Below, piece after piece: positions 40,132-54,461 of a stretch of 64,000 bases of DNA (the stretch's first letter is position 1; each line of letters begins with the position of its first letter). The DNA is from Octopus vulgaris (lineage: Eukaryota), in contig OX597819.1 in assembly GCA_951406725.2 (NCBI GenBank), positions 116,684,001-116,748,000 on the forward strand, read 5' to 3'. Position numbers and translations under genes: made by a program. Under the pieces are notes generated by a model that had not been told where the DNA came from, searched no databases, and saw nothing but the letters and a program-made list of their open reading frames with translations.

Positions 40132-41416
40132 CGAGGGGCGTTCAATAAGTAATGCCCCTGACCCACTTCCCATACCAGTAGAGCAACGGAACTTGGCACA
40201 GTTATTGGTCTTTTTCTACATAGGAACCGCTCAGAGTTAGGCATTTCTCCCATCGTTTGATCCAGCTCTGGAGACCGTTTTTGTAAAAGACCCCAGCTTA
40301 GTCCTCCATCCACGACGTGACTTTAGAAATCAAGGCTGCATCATCTGGGAAACGCTTTCTTTTCAAAAACAACTTGGGAAGAGGTGAAAATCAGAGGGTG
40401 CGAGGTCAGGAGTGTTGGGGGGTGGGGGAGGAGTTCATAGCCGCGCGCCTGTGCTTCTGATCTGGCGACACGCGAGTTGTGGACCGGAGCGTTGTCCTGC
40501 AGGAGGAGGATGCCTTCGCTGATCTTGCCCCGCCTCTTGATTTTGATAGCTTCTCTTAATTTCCTCAAAAGGGAAGCATAATAGGCTCCTGTAATTGTGG
40601 TACCCTTTGCCAGGAAATCTGTCATCACTACTCCGTCCTGGTCCCAGAAGACTGTGAGCATGACCTTGCCAGCGGAGCGCTGCACCCTTGCCTTCTTTGG
40701 AGGAGGTGAGTCACGGTGCTTCCACTGCATTTACTGGGCTTTGGTCTCTGGATCATAGTGATGGACCCAGGTTTCATCCTGTGTAAATCAGTCTTTTGAA
40801 AAAGTTTGACTCATCTTCTTGGTACGTCTCCAAATTCATCCTCGAGCACTCGACGCGTTCTTGCTTCTGGAAAGGCGTGAGCAACCTGGGAATCCATCTG
40901 GCAGACACCTTTTGCATATGCAAATGGTCATGAATGATAGTTTCCACAGACCCGGTACTAATCTTGACCTCATGGGATATTTGGCGAATAGTTATGCGTC
41001 GATCTTCCAAAATGGCAGCCTCAACTTGACGGACAGATGCCTCATCAATTGCAGAAGGGGGTCGACCAGATCTGGGAGCTGTTTCCACAGAGTTCCGACC
41101 ATGTTTGAATTCACGATGCCAGCGTTTTACAAGGTCATATGATGGGGCATCATCACCATAAGTTACTTTCATTTCATCAAAAGTCTCCCGTGGTGTGCGT
41201 CCTTTCAAATACAAAAACCGGATCACTGCTCGACACTCAACAGGCTCCATTTCACACTTGACTCAGTTCAAACACCTGTAAATCAGAAACCATAATTAGT
41301 TCAGAGCTGTAATTTGCCACCTAATCTATAGAAATATACGTAATTGCACATGCAAAATTGCAGCTAGATCAAACACCTGGAAGCGGGTCAGAGGCATTAC
41401 TTATTGAACGTCCCTC

Positions 41417-41417
<1 letters not shown>
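40132..41417 (-). mobile_element. Mariner transposon (irritans-like), 1286-bp inactivated copy 2
   Basis: Same TA-flanked TIRs as copy 1; ORF from ATG 41250; retains QDETWVHHYDP but has a frameshift before it and a TAA in place of TCA after ETKAQ. Confidence 0.95.
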
Positions 41418-41462
<45 letters not shown>

Positions 41463-41531
41463 TTTAATACATAGATTGCTTATTTCCATGCTGACTACCT
41501 GATAATAATAATTTCTGTGATTTTTATCCCT

Positions 41532-41586
<55 letters not shown>

Positions 41587-43352
41587 GTGTGTGTGTGTAT
41601 GTGTATTACATACATTTATAAGAGAAATAACCACGAAGTTGGATTCCTAATATGCTAGAAGACTGTAAATCGTCTTAAATAAAGAATGTGTTCTCAAGAA
41701 ATTTCAGCAAACGCCAGAATGTAAAACGTGCAAGACAAATGAAAAGATACGATAAGTATACAAAACCGCTCATATACATACATACATGCATACATACATA
41801 CATTCGTACATAGACGTAGATATGTATAACATGAAAAGCAAATCTAATCTATAATAGCAGGGAAACAAATCTCTCAGATTTCGTATAGCAAAAGCGCTTT
41901 CAGAGATACTACCCCCGTTAGCGCTACATAGATCTGGTGTGCATATTCAAGAAATTCGTCGAATGACATAGTCTTGATAATTTTACAGTCAGTGACGAAA
42001 GAGCCTGACGACCCTAACCGATTCGTCTATTTATCGTCCGATTTATTAATAAATTAACTGAGAAATTTCGCTAACTAATAATAAGTCAAAGGTAAATATG
42101 ACGACTGAATCTTTATCGTTTTTGTCAGGATGTCCCTCGTAAGATGCAGATTCTCTTTAATGAAGGCTTCGCATTTCGTATATTTGAAATAACATCCACA
42201 CGCATTCACGCATCCCAAACACTTACAAATCCACATACACACAGACTTATATTCAAGTATTTAATATTCTTGTCGTTTAATGAGATGTAAATTCAGTACT
42301 GAGCTTGTTTTCTTCTCTACTTGCATCTCTTAATACTATAGTTATTCTATATTCGAATTATTATCAGAGAAAACGCTATATCCTTATCTTTCATTTTCGT
42401 TGGCTTATATTTTTAAAGTAAACATTCTACATAATTATTTTCTGCTTTATATTTATCACATATACATCTATGCATTTCCAGGTGTCTCCTACACGGATTG
42501 CATACATTTTAAAAAGAATCTTACACTTTTTAGATATTTGTGTTATTTCTGTCTAAATATTTACGTACATATTTGTCCATATATATATTTGTGCCTCTAT
42601 ATACATAAGTGTATGTGTTAAATTAGTGTTATTCTTAAACTTATTTAAGAATAACAAGAGAACGTTTGCTTAGAGGGTATCTCAATATTAAAAAAAATTC
42701 CATCTTTAACATAAAACGTCATTTATCTGGGATATAGGGTTCTGTCTGACGGTGTATTCGATCAGGAGAAACTGTTTGTTCCTGGTAACGACATATGAAA
42801 ACGACGGAAATATTTATTTAATAGAATGATGTGCTCATGTATTCAACTACATTTTCAATACAAGATTTTTAAAAAATATCATTCGTAACGAAAATCTGAT
42901 AATAGTATTCAAATGTTACAAAAAACAGATTGAATTAAACTTATAGAAAGTCAGAAGAGGAAGGTAAAGGAAATAACAATATTAGAAAGCAAAGAATAAT
43001 ATGCATATCAAAAATATGAGAAGAAATAATAATAATTAAATGAAATGTTGTTATGTTGTTGTATCTATGAAACAAACTATTTACACTGAGGCTGTAACGA
43101 TTATTTTTATACATTCATACAACTACGTTGGAACATTAGCTATATTGTAAGTGAAGATTTGTTAATTTTTATGTATGCGTCAATACGTGTTGTTTACTAA
43201 TATAGAATGTATTCAGAAATATTCTTTCAATTTATGATAGACTTATATGAATTTATGTTTAATTTTGTATTACTTTTTTAAATATATATATTTATATATG
43301 TATATATATACACACGCACACACACACACATACACACATATACATATACATG

Positions 43353-43406
<54 letters not shown>

Positions 43407-44248
43407 TATATATATATACTAATGAATTATGTTTAGCATGTTTAGTAAATCTCAGTAAACATATTTTAGTTAAATCTGTCCATTTCATTGTCTGTGAATG
43501 TGTGTACTCAAGGCAAATTCTTTGTCTTCTTTGTATCTGTGTATGTAACTTATTGAAGTCGTTTGGCATTGTGAAACAAAATAATAAAGAGAAAATAAAG
43601 ATGAAAATTTGAAATAAAATCAAGACAAATTTCGTGTATGGTGTATGATATTTGCATAAATGATCTCTAAAATATAAAAGCATGATTATAAATATTTAAA
43701 AAATTGCCAATATATAATTGAAGTCTACACCCGTACGTAACTAAAACCATATTAAATCTCGCTTAAGATATTCATTAAAAAAACTGCTAATTTAAAACAA
43801 AATATTCTCGATAAATACTTAATCCTGGAACAAGGCATTGTTTTTAACTTATACATATAAGCTCATTCGGTTGAGTGCGATATAAATTATTATTTCATGT
43901 AAATATGTACAGAGAAGTATAATGAGAATACATGTATGAATAACTATAAAGCTATAAGAACTATTCATCAAAGTCATTATTTTACTAATTTAAATCCAAT
44001 ACATTAAAAATAAGAACAAAAACATTTCCATTCGTATTCATATATATGTATGGATGGGTACATATACAGAAAATCGGCATACAAGTACTTAACTACTAGC
44101 TAATATGCATATACATTTGCGCCCATGAATTTACGTACAGAAGCTAAAACTTACATGCAAATATCTACGTATATAGACAAAGTTTTCAAATGTATGAATA
44201 TTCAGAAAGTTGAGTAAGGACACACAAAAAATGTATTCATATTTAAAA

Positions 44249-44340
<92 letters not shown>

Positions 44341-45227
44341 GTATATAAGCTTAGCAAGAGTTGTATGAAAATGTAGCCTACATTAGGAGGAATATAATAA
44401 AGGAGGAATAAACAGAAATATAATAATATTGTCAAATAGATTTATGAACATACATGTGAAATGCAGAGTTTAATAACCTAGTAAAATGTACATATATTGA
44501 GTTCATAATTTTGTGAAGAGAATATCATTATTTTTCAAATTGCCAGCTGAAACTCATTATAAGATGTATGGAATTGTCTGTGTGTCTGTTGCAAGATGGT
44601 ATTACTTCAAAATGTCTATTCAAAATATTATTGTTTAAATTAATTATACTTTATAGACACTCTGAATAAATCCAAGTTTCGAGAGAAGTTATTAAATGGA
44701 TGAAAGTTGTCACGTATATTCTGAGTTGAAAATATGACTGCGGTTATGACTTCGATATGCATTAAGTTTCATCGAGGATATATTTGAGATACCTTGTTCA
44801 TGATTTTATTTCATGAACGATAAAGCGAATAAATAGTGTATTACATGTAAATCTACATTTGAATCTTAATGATTATTGTTAATAACTAAAAACAAATTGA
44901 GAAAAGGTGTTGTCCGCTTCACTAATATAAAAGGATGCATGAATCAAATTTTGCAGAAGGAATTCCTAAGGGCCTTGAGTTTCACATTTGTAATCTCATA
45001 TGACTTCTGAAGGCACAAAAGTAAATTTACATACACACATACACACACATGCACTCATACGCACAGACACAGATGCACATAGTCATGGCTGTCAAGAGAA
45101 ATTTGTTTGAAGGCAGAAAAGTGTTTTAGAAAACAAAAATTATTCGTAAATTCTATACAAATTGCCACGAAAACATATTGCAGGGAAAGCAAACGGATGC
45201 ATTCTGCACTTTTCCCATTAATCCCTC

Positions 45228-45315
<88 letters not shown>

Positions 45316-45372
45316 CCTACCTACCTACCTACCTACCTACCTACCTACCTACCTACCTACCTACCTACCTAC

Positions 45373-45447
<75 letters not shown>

Positions 45448-45456
45448 CCTACCTAC

Positions 45457-45507
<51 letters not shown>

Positions 45508-45510
45508 CCT
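45228..45510. repeat. (TCTA)n/(CCTA)n tetranucleotide microsatellite
   Basis: Directly visible. Confidence 0.95.
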
Positions 45511-46051
45511 CTATGTCTGTTTGTATATCTGCCTGTCTTCCTGTGTGTCTGTGTGCCTGCCTGTCGGTCTATATATGTATATATGTATTCAGAATGAAGA
45601 TTCTATTCAGTAGAAAGAGCACAGAAATTAAATAAAACTCCGTGTGTACTGTTGAAGCTTCAGTTAGCTATGCATGCACATGGAGCACGTATATACGGAC
45701 AAGTAAACAAACACAGTCCCTCTACGTGGATTCTCGGACATTTGACATCTACTATATTTCCAGGCAGAACAAAGACTTGTGAGTGGGTTCGGTAGAAGGT
45801 TACTGAAAGAAGCCAATCGGATATATAGATCATATTATATATTACTCACACACACACACACGTTCATCTGCATTTGTTTGTGAGTGTCCTCTACCACCAC
45901 TTGACACCAGGTGCTGGCTTGTTTACATATCCATTACTTATTGCTTCGGCTAAAGATAATGATAAAATAAGTACTAGACTTAAAAAAAACTAGGACTGAT
46001 TTTTACGACCAAGGCTTCAAGGCAGTGGTGTCCACGTATGGTCGCAGTTGA

Positions 46052-46556
46052 ATGACTGAAAGATGTAACAATTAACATACAGAAAAAGAAGAAAAAAACA
46101 AATGGATTCTCAAGAAACGATCAAAACAATATTTAGATAGAAATGGCCACAAAATATGATATGAAAATCCCAAACTGAAGAAAGACAGCAAAAGTTCGAA
46201 CTGTCATCCTTTGCATGATAAATATGCATTAAAAATACCAGTAGATGCGATACAACATTTCGATTAAGATATTCATAAAAAAACCTGCTAATTTAAAACA
46301 AATATTCACGATAAATACTTAATCCTGGAACAAGGCATTGTTTTTAACTTATACATATAAGCTCATTCGGTTGAGTGCGATATAAATTATTATTTCATGT
46401 AAATATGACTGAAAAACATCAGGGTTTTTCATATCATATTTTGTGGCCATTTCCATCTAAATATTGTTTTGATCGTTTCTTGAGAATCCATTTAAGTTTT
46501 TTTTCTTCTTTTTCTGTATGTTAATTGTTACATCTTTCAGTCATATTTACATGAAA
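46052..46556. repeat. Inverted duplication enclosing a copy of distal sequence
   Basis: 46052-46170 inverted at 46422-46544; 46264-46407 duplicates 43763-43907. Confidence 0.9.
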
Positions 46557-47040
46557 GTAGATTTGAATCGTATGTAAATACAAAAGATGAATATTAGCTG
46601 AGCAATATTATTGCCATCAGTAAAATAATAACCTTCAGTATTTCTCCCAATGCACCAACAAATATTCTATAGAATTACACAGATGCATACTTGGTCAACA
46701 ATTGCAGATAGCACCAAAGATATGATCCCATGAATTGAAAACATTCATTTAAAGCATGGGATGTGAAATGATAATTTAGAGACAACAGAAATAATATACG
46801 CACTAAAAACGTCAAAATCTACTTTAGTTTCTTCCAATGTAGAAGTATTATTTTAGGACGTATACAGAATGGTAATTGTAGGAAAACAGGATATGACTGA
46901 CGTAATCAACATGCATTCTCATTTACAACATCAATTATCTATGGAAAAGACAAAGCAGAGTGACGAAAAAAGCAAAATTCAGTTGAAGCTTTGAACGCTA
47001 TGACATACAAAAGGCCATTGTGCAATAACAGAAATCAGTT

Positions 47041-47104
<64 letters not shown>

Positions 47105-47444
47105 TGAGAGTGTCCCAGATGTAAAAAAGCATTTTCTGATTGAAATGGAATTGAATAAGCTCGCATAATTGCGGGACACGTTGTAAATATCACGTCGTCA
47201 GAAAATTGACTTCTTTTAAAGCAATATGCTAATGTTTCAGGCAACAATACACTGCGATCTATCTATAAAATGCTGATGAAAAGAAAACAGAAACGTAACA
47301 CAAATCGACAGCACAAGACACAATTGAATGTGATTCGACTTGATAAAACCTATTTAAATCAATATAGAAAATGTGCCAAAAGCATCTGGTAAGTAATTAT
47401 GTATATCCCAGAAAAAACACATTGTATACACACACAGACACACA

Positions 47445-47523
<79 letters not shown>

Positions 47524-47580
47524 ATATATATATATACATACATACATATATATATATATATTTATATATATATATAGTAC

Positions 47581-47625
<45 letters not shown>

Positions 47626-47760
47626 AGTGTATGTGTGTGTATATATATATCCACATATATCTATACATATATAAGTTTATGTGCGTCTGTATTCATCTAT
47701 ATACACAAATTTACTTATATATGTATATATAATATACATATACATATAAATGCATATATG

Positions 47761-47886
<126 letters not shown>

Positions 47887-48680
47887 GAGAGGGTGAGGGA
47901 GAGAGAGTGAGAGGGCGGGCGGGAGATAGAGAGGGAAATAGAGAAAGAGAGACAGACAGAGATCGTGAGCATTTGAGAGAAGGAAACAAAACAGAGATGC
48001 TGGAGAGGGTTAGGGATATGGAGGAAGATACCTATAAAAAAGAAACTAGGCTGAATCAGTTCATTCAGTAAGTGGAATCTAAATGCTAAATGTAATACTG
48101 TCCTTTATTTTGTTATCTTTTTGTTGTCTTTTCTTTAATCACTCACATTTTCTTCATTTTCTGATGTTTGTGGCAATATAACTTAATGCATTTTCCCGCC
48201 TCTAGTAACATATCGGCGTGAACAGCGGAATCAATTTGATGATATAAAAAAGATGCAGCTATAAGAGGTAAAAAAAAAACATCTATCGATTCTAGTAGCG
48301 AGTGAAAATGTATTGAAGAGGAGAAATTAAGGCATAAAAAAACAAAAAAAAATATCAAACAGAAAAAACAAACAAACATCAAACAGAAAAAAAAAAAAAC
48401 TAAAATATAACGAACAATAAAAAACTTTTGATAACAAGAGAAAGAAAAAGCCTTAGCAATACAGATATTTGATTTGCAACGTTATATTCTTCTAAGTACA
48501 TTTATTCGAATTTCGTAGCTTTAAATGCACAATTAAAATTACCAACATATCAGGTGATATTTTAAGTGTTCAAACCGTGTTGCTATTTTCGCTATATTTC
48601 AAATTTTGCAACATAAATAATTTGCTATCTTAAGCAGTTTTGTATATGTGTCTGTACATGACTTTCTCTTTGTCTCTCTG

Positions 48681-48767
<87 letters not shown>

Positions 48768-48779
48768 ATATATGTATCA

Positions 48780-48858
<79 letters not shown>

Positions 48859-49180
48859 AATAATATGTTGGAACGAAAGCCCTGTCGTTTATTTGAGCTG
48901 ATCAATTAGAGGGTACCTCTTCAATTCTTACTTTCAAACGAGCATTAACTTTATATTCTATTCTTTGGTTGTTCTTTTGCCGTTTATCTTATTCTATAGT
49001 ATCTAAATTCTTATCGATTTTACCCTTTTAAGATGAATCTAAAAGAGCCATATCGGCCATTCACGCACACGCAGACACGCACGCACACAGGCACACACAT
49101 ACACACACACACAAACACAAACATGCACACACACGAGTATATATGTGCCTTTTTCGCTCCTCTCTCTCTCTCTCTCTCGC

Positions 49181-49212
<32 letters not shown>

Positions 49213-49236
49213 TATATGTATATATATGTACGTATG

Positions 49237-49267
<31 letters not shown>

Positions 49268-50199
49268 CCATATCTATATCTATCTATATCCATCTATCTC
49301 TCTCACTCTCTCTGTATATATATATATATATAAATGTGTGTGTAGGTGTGTGTGTGTGTGTACACACACACCTACACACGTGTGCATGTGTGTTTTCCCG
49401 TGCTTCTGCGTGTCCTACGCTTGAATTTTCAATGCAAACTAGAAATATTTATTACAGGAAAATAGTGATATACAACCGCTGAGCTGAGTTTATGTTGGCT
49501 TTTGTTTTGTTTTTTTTTCACGTAACTTAGCATAAAATTATAAACTACAATATGTGTGATAAATACGGTTGAGACGAGCAGCAATTCAGTAATATTGATA
49601 CAGGATGTTTAATATACTATTATCATTAGTCTAGTATATCATCTTCCCATCCAGGTGTGTACTTCATTCTTTATTTGTTTTATTCTTTTCTACCTCTATT
49701 TAAGCAGCTCTAGTTTATGATTGCTGACATTACGATGTGACAAACTCTAGATATTAATCATTTTTCATTTTTCATTTTTCATCCTCACGTTTTTCGCCCT
49801 CTCTTCTGAAATATGGCAGAGATTTTTTTTTTTTATTTTCCACCATTTTCTTTACGTAACTTTCCCTGAATTGTAATTAACTGGATCTCCCGCAAATGAA
49901 ACTAATATCGTATCAGTTCTACAATAATTCGTCGGAGCGCACTAATTGAGAACAGTTGAATATATGAATAAGTAAAGCTGTAATTTATTACCCATGTCAC
50001 TTCTTTATGTACTAAATATTATAACATATTAAATGCTTTATTCGTTAAAACCTCGGTGTTTATCTCCAGATAAGTTCTGATAGTGTTAAATGTTATGCTT
50101 TGTGCCCGGTTAATATTACTGGAAGGACAAACTTATGCACAGACAGTACACTAGATATAAAACAAGCATTAATTGGGAAAAAGTTGGGAGTGGATTAGA

Positions 50200-50933
50200 A
50201 ATTGCAATCTAAATGGATGCTCTGAAACTCTTACGTTTTGTCATGCCGAAAAAATGAACCATTGTTATGTAGAATATGTGGAACAGAGGAGGAAACGGCC
50301 AGCTATCCTGTAAGGGAATGTACTATGTGGGCTCAGACGAGGGTAGAAATGACGTGATAATGTTACTAGATATATACATTGGATGATATCTGAAAATTGT
50401 GAATTTGCCAGAGCAGCTATATGATATTAGTAGAAAATAGAAGCGGTGCCAGTTTAAGCTTCTGTGAAGCAGTGACAAGTTTAAGTATTTGTGGGTCTTC
50501 GCCATTGAAATTGACAGAATGATTGAAGCAAAAATGACAAACATCGTAGTTATCAACAAGAAAGAAAATAGAACTCAAGGTATAAAAAAAAAAAATATAT
50601 CCCAGGGGATAGTGGAGTGACAGATAAATAACATGAAACCATGGAGAAGTATGCGCCACTAAGTGAAGATGTAGGACATTTGTGTTGGGTTTTTAGTGAT
50701 TCATGTGGTGTCCGGTGCATGGGGGTGCATATCGGAAATTTTCCGAGGACTATGTAAATAGAATCGCAATTGCTGCAAGATTGTAGATCAGCGCTTCTTG
50801 GAACAGCAAGGATTTCAAGGTAAATCGTTTCTATCTATGTAATGCACTTGATGTTGACTTGTTCCCCCCGCCACTGAAATATCCGGGCTTTTAAACGGCT
50901 GTCTGAGTTTTAGGAAAAAATGAAACATAACCT

Positions 50934-50966
<33 letters not shown>
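50200..50966 (+). mobile_element. R4/Dong-clade LINE 3' fragment (CCHC + RLE) with (TAC)n tail
   Basis: PLCRICGTEEET..EC..AQ, DNVTRYIHW, NIVVINKKE, PGDSGV..EKYAPL, SALLGTARI pieces across frameshifts; ends in (TAC)n. Confidence 0.8.
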
Positions 50967-51027
50967 CAACAACCATAATAAAAACAACCATAATAATACT
51001 TGTAACTGTAATTAGAAGGAGAGAAGA

Positions 51028-51468
51028 AAGTGAAGGTGAAGAAGAAGACGAAGAAGAAAGGGAAGAAGGCGAAGAAGACGAAGAAGAAGACGAAGAAGAA
51101 GAAGAAGAAGAAGAAGAAGAAGAAGAAGAAGAAGAAGAAGAAGAATATTAAGACGACGACGACGAAGACGAAGGAGAAGAAGAAGAAGAAAGAGAAGAAG
51201 GAGAAGAAGAAGAAGAAGAAGAAGAAGGAGAAGAAGAAGAAGAAGAAGAAGAAGACGAAGAAGAAGAAGAAGAAGAATATGAAGAAGAAGGAAGAAGAAG
51301 AAGAAGAAGAAGAAGAATATGCGACGACGACGAAGACGAAGAAGAAGGAGACGAAGAAGAAGAGAAAGAAGAAGAATATGAAGAGAAAGAAGAAGAAGAA
51401 GAAGAAGAAGAAGAAGAAGAAGAAGAAGAAGAAGAAGAAGAAGAAGAAGAAGAAGAAGAAGAAGAAGA
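51028..51468. repeat. About 440-bp (GAA)n-based polypurine tract
   Basis: Directly visible; repeated AATAT and (GAC)n interruptions. Confidence 0.95.
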
Positions 51469-51993
51469 ATTTGAGGAGGTGTAAGATGATATACGGTATT
51501 GTAATTCACGATTTTCCCTTCGATCTATGACAACAATGCGTATTTGAAAGCGGGAAGCAAATAAAAAATCGTTTAGCAGTATGTCAAGTTCGATTACAGA
51601 TTAAATAAACTAAGCAGTAGATATTGGTTTTCAAATGTCCTTTTCTGCAAGTATTCTTCAGCCATAATTATTGGATGAGAAATTGATTGAGTTTGTGCAA
51701 AATATATCTTGATAGAAGTGACATTATCTTGCATATCAGACGACAGACTAAGACTCATCGAAATTGGCGTGAGGTCATCTATTTTTCAATCTCCTTGTAT
51801 ATCGGTATATATCTATCTATGTTTTTGTATATGCATATTCAAGTGTAAATATATATGTGTGTGTGCGTGTTTTTTACATGCATATCACGACTGATGATGA
51901 GCGAAACTCCCTTGGAATCAGGTAGGTAATGCGATCTTGCCAACTACTGGAGAGTGGTAGGGGTTCGCTCCTCTGCTTGTAATATATACAGGA

Positions 51994-52402
51994 CTAGCAG
52001 TATCGCCCGGCGTTGCTCGGGTTTGTTAGGGAAATAACTATATAAGCATTTTTAGAGAGTTATAGCCGAAAAATAGCAAAAAATGCATTAAAAATGGAAA
52101 AAAAAATTATGGTAAATTTTTTTTTAAATCGTTGACTCATCGTAGACATTTTTAGAGAGTTACTTCCCTTATATTATAGCGAGAAAATGCATTAAAATGG
52201 AAAAAAATGATGGTAATTTTTCTTTTACATCGTAGACTCATCGTAGACTCATCGTAGACGCGCGCTAATACCCAGAAGTGCTCGATATGAATCGCGACTA
52301 TAAGATACCCGGTTTTGGTTAAACTGCACCGCAAAATGTGGGAGTAGTTAGGAATCTAAATCGTAGGAAACAGACACACAACTTGACTTTTATATATAAA
52401 GG
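51994..52402 (-). mobile_element. Non-autonomous Helitron
   Basis: Minus strand ends CCCGAGCAACGCCGGGCGATACTGCTAG|T; 3' portion shared with 16141-16522; 5' TTTATATATAAAAG. Confidence 0.85.
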
Positions 52403-52563
52403 GTGTAAGCTTCACCTATAACCAGCTGGCGGAAGATCTGCCGAGAGATAAACAGTAACAACATTGAACAACCATACTGATATGGCGATTAACCTCACTT
52501 GTTAGTATAGATACTACTCTCATCACTTATTGAGATTTTTCAACTGGTTATATTGATTATATA

Positions 52564-53180
52564 TTGGGTCATCCCATTAATAATGCGAAGGGGTACTATA
52601 TAAACAACCCGCATCAACTTGCTACAAAAGCTGTCACTAATTTCACTTTGTACTTATTCTTAGTGAAAGTTTTGAAGGGTGCAATTAGATTTTAACGTTT
52701 TTTTTGTTTCGAAAATTCATTGGAAGTGACAAAGGAACATATTCGGCATATTTTGTCTTATTAGTTCAATAAAGGCAGCAAGGAAACGAAAAGTGCGAGG
52801 CATATTAATGCAGTATATGAGTATCGGACAATAAACGCAAGCCAGTGTCAACGGTGGTTCCAGAAAATCCGAACCGGTAACTACAGCCTAGGAAACGAAC
52901 CTCGCCCTGAAAGATCCGTAGAGCTCGATGAGAACGGTCCGCAAAACCTGGTGGAACAAAATCCTATCGTAGGAACTAATAGAGAAGCTTGGATTTGTCA
53001 TTAAATCATTATCGATACCTGCGTACCATCGGAAATGTTAGCATATTGGGTCAATGGATTCCTCACAAACTGTCCGAATCTAATCGCACTCCGTGAGTTT
53101 ATGTGTACTCTTCTTTGTTGTCACGTCTCACTAATGAAACGTTTTGGACCGCATAGTGACTTGTGATTAGAAATGGGTTT
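52564..53180 (+). mobile_element. Mariner 5' fragment (different subfamily), decayed
   Basis: EVTKEHIRHIL..FNKG..ARHINAVY..QCQRWFQKIRTGNYSL, GQWIPHKLS, FLDRIVTCD.KWV. Confidence 0.85.
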
Positions 53181-53244
53181 TGTCCCTTCCTCTCCAACTG
53201 AATCACAGTAAGTGGCATTTCTTGCTTCTATACTTTGATCTAAC

Positions 53245-53600
53245 ACTATACTGCTCAGAGTAGGCAGTATAAATGCACATGGCCTGGGTCGCCTTGGAAA
53301 CAAGGCCATCAACTCAAAGACCACATGCATGTAATGGCCATCAGTGAAAGCAGACCAACATGCCTACATCTACATTTTCGGGTGTTAGAGGTATATTTAT
53401 CCCCATATCAACCGGGAATGAGTGGTGGAAATGCGGTGTTGATGGGGAGGAGCCTGAATCTCAAGGTAAGAAATATCTTCCTGAACATAAACGGCCCTCG
53501 ATGAGTAGTGACGCAGTTTCCTTCAGACTGGTGGCTGTTTATGCTCCGAAGGGATCAGGACAGCTGTATTTCTTCCGAAACGTCTGGAGGCCGTGGTTTA
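53245..53600 (+). mobile_element. L1/Tx1-type LINE apurinic-like endonuclease fragment
   Basis: LRVGSINAHGL, VMAISESR, GGNAVLMGRSLNLKVRNIF, FRLVAVYAP..QLYFFR across frames. Confidence 0.75.
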
Positions 53601-54258
53601 CGTTGAGCTTCCAGAACAGTTCTTGGAAGCCTCCAGCTTTTGGGATTCATTCGTTATAATTTTTATTACCTTTTTACGCAATTAAACGGCAGTCATTTTG
53701 TGTTGTGTTGTCCTGTGCCGTCCCTAATCATTTATATTTATCCTTACCCAGAGACATCAAGAGACAAGTTCGATGTTGAAGTTGATATTATGACTGGGGC
53801 GACATATCTTCAGTTTTGCACAGGGACTTACTCGAGAGAACGTCTGTTAATAAGTAAGAAATTTAGACGTTTGTTTTAAAAGTAAATTACTAATAGGATG
53901 ATAGTGTGATATTAAAATGACAGTAGAAACTGTTTGCTATTAAGTACAATTAAAAGTACTTTTGATAATGATTTTAAATTGAAATGTTTTTAGAATGACA
54001 TCGACAATATTTTTTGTAGGATACGAGCAGTTCCCATGAACACTTTTTCTTTTTTAATTTCTTCCACTTTTGGGCTTTCTGGTATTTGAGATAGGTAGAA
54101 AAATCAGTCTCTTTTCTACCATTCCCAGAGCACCTATGACAACAGGTTCCACATTTTGTGAATTTATATTTGATGCTTTTTATATTTGCTCAGTTTTTCA
54201 TAGGGCCGGACAGATATATTTATGAACAGTCATATCGTGGAAAGGGGCATAGTTTAAT

Positions 54259-54461
54259 AAATGCTTTGTGGTATTTCGTCTACTACTCCGTTCTGAGTTC
54301 AAATTCTGCTGAGGTCAACTTTGAGTTTCATCTGTTCGGGGTCGATAAATTAAATATCAGTGAAACACTGGGGTTGAAGTAATCGATTAGTTCCCTCCGA
54401 CAAAATTTCAGGCCTTGTGCTTATAGTACAAAGGATTATTATTATTATTATTATTATTATT
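54259..54461 (+). mobile_element. SINE family B, 5'-truncated, (ATT)n tail
   Basis: Homology to 17611-17824. Confidence 0.8.

Noticed and set aside
46560-47340. Coding-like AT-rich stretch
   Set aside because: Multiple stops in the frames examined and no family recognised
51012-51530. Poly-Lys and poly-Leu ORFs
   Set aside because: Artefacts of the (GAA)n tract
51891-51910. CTGATGA-tgagc-GAAACTC hammerhead-like core
   Set aside because: No stem II can form and no convincing stem I
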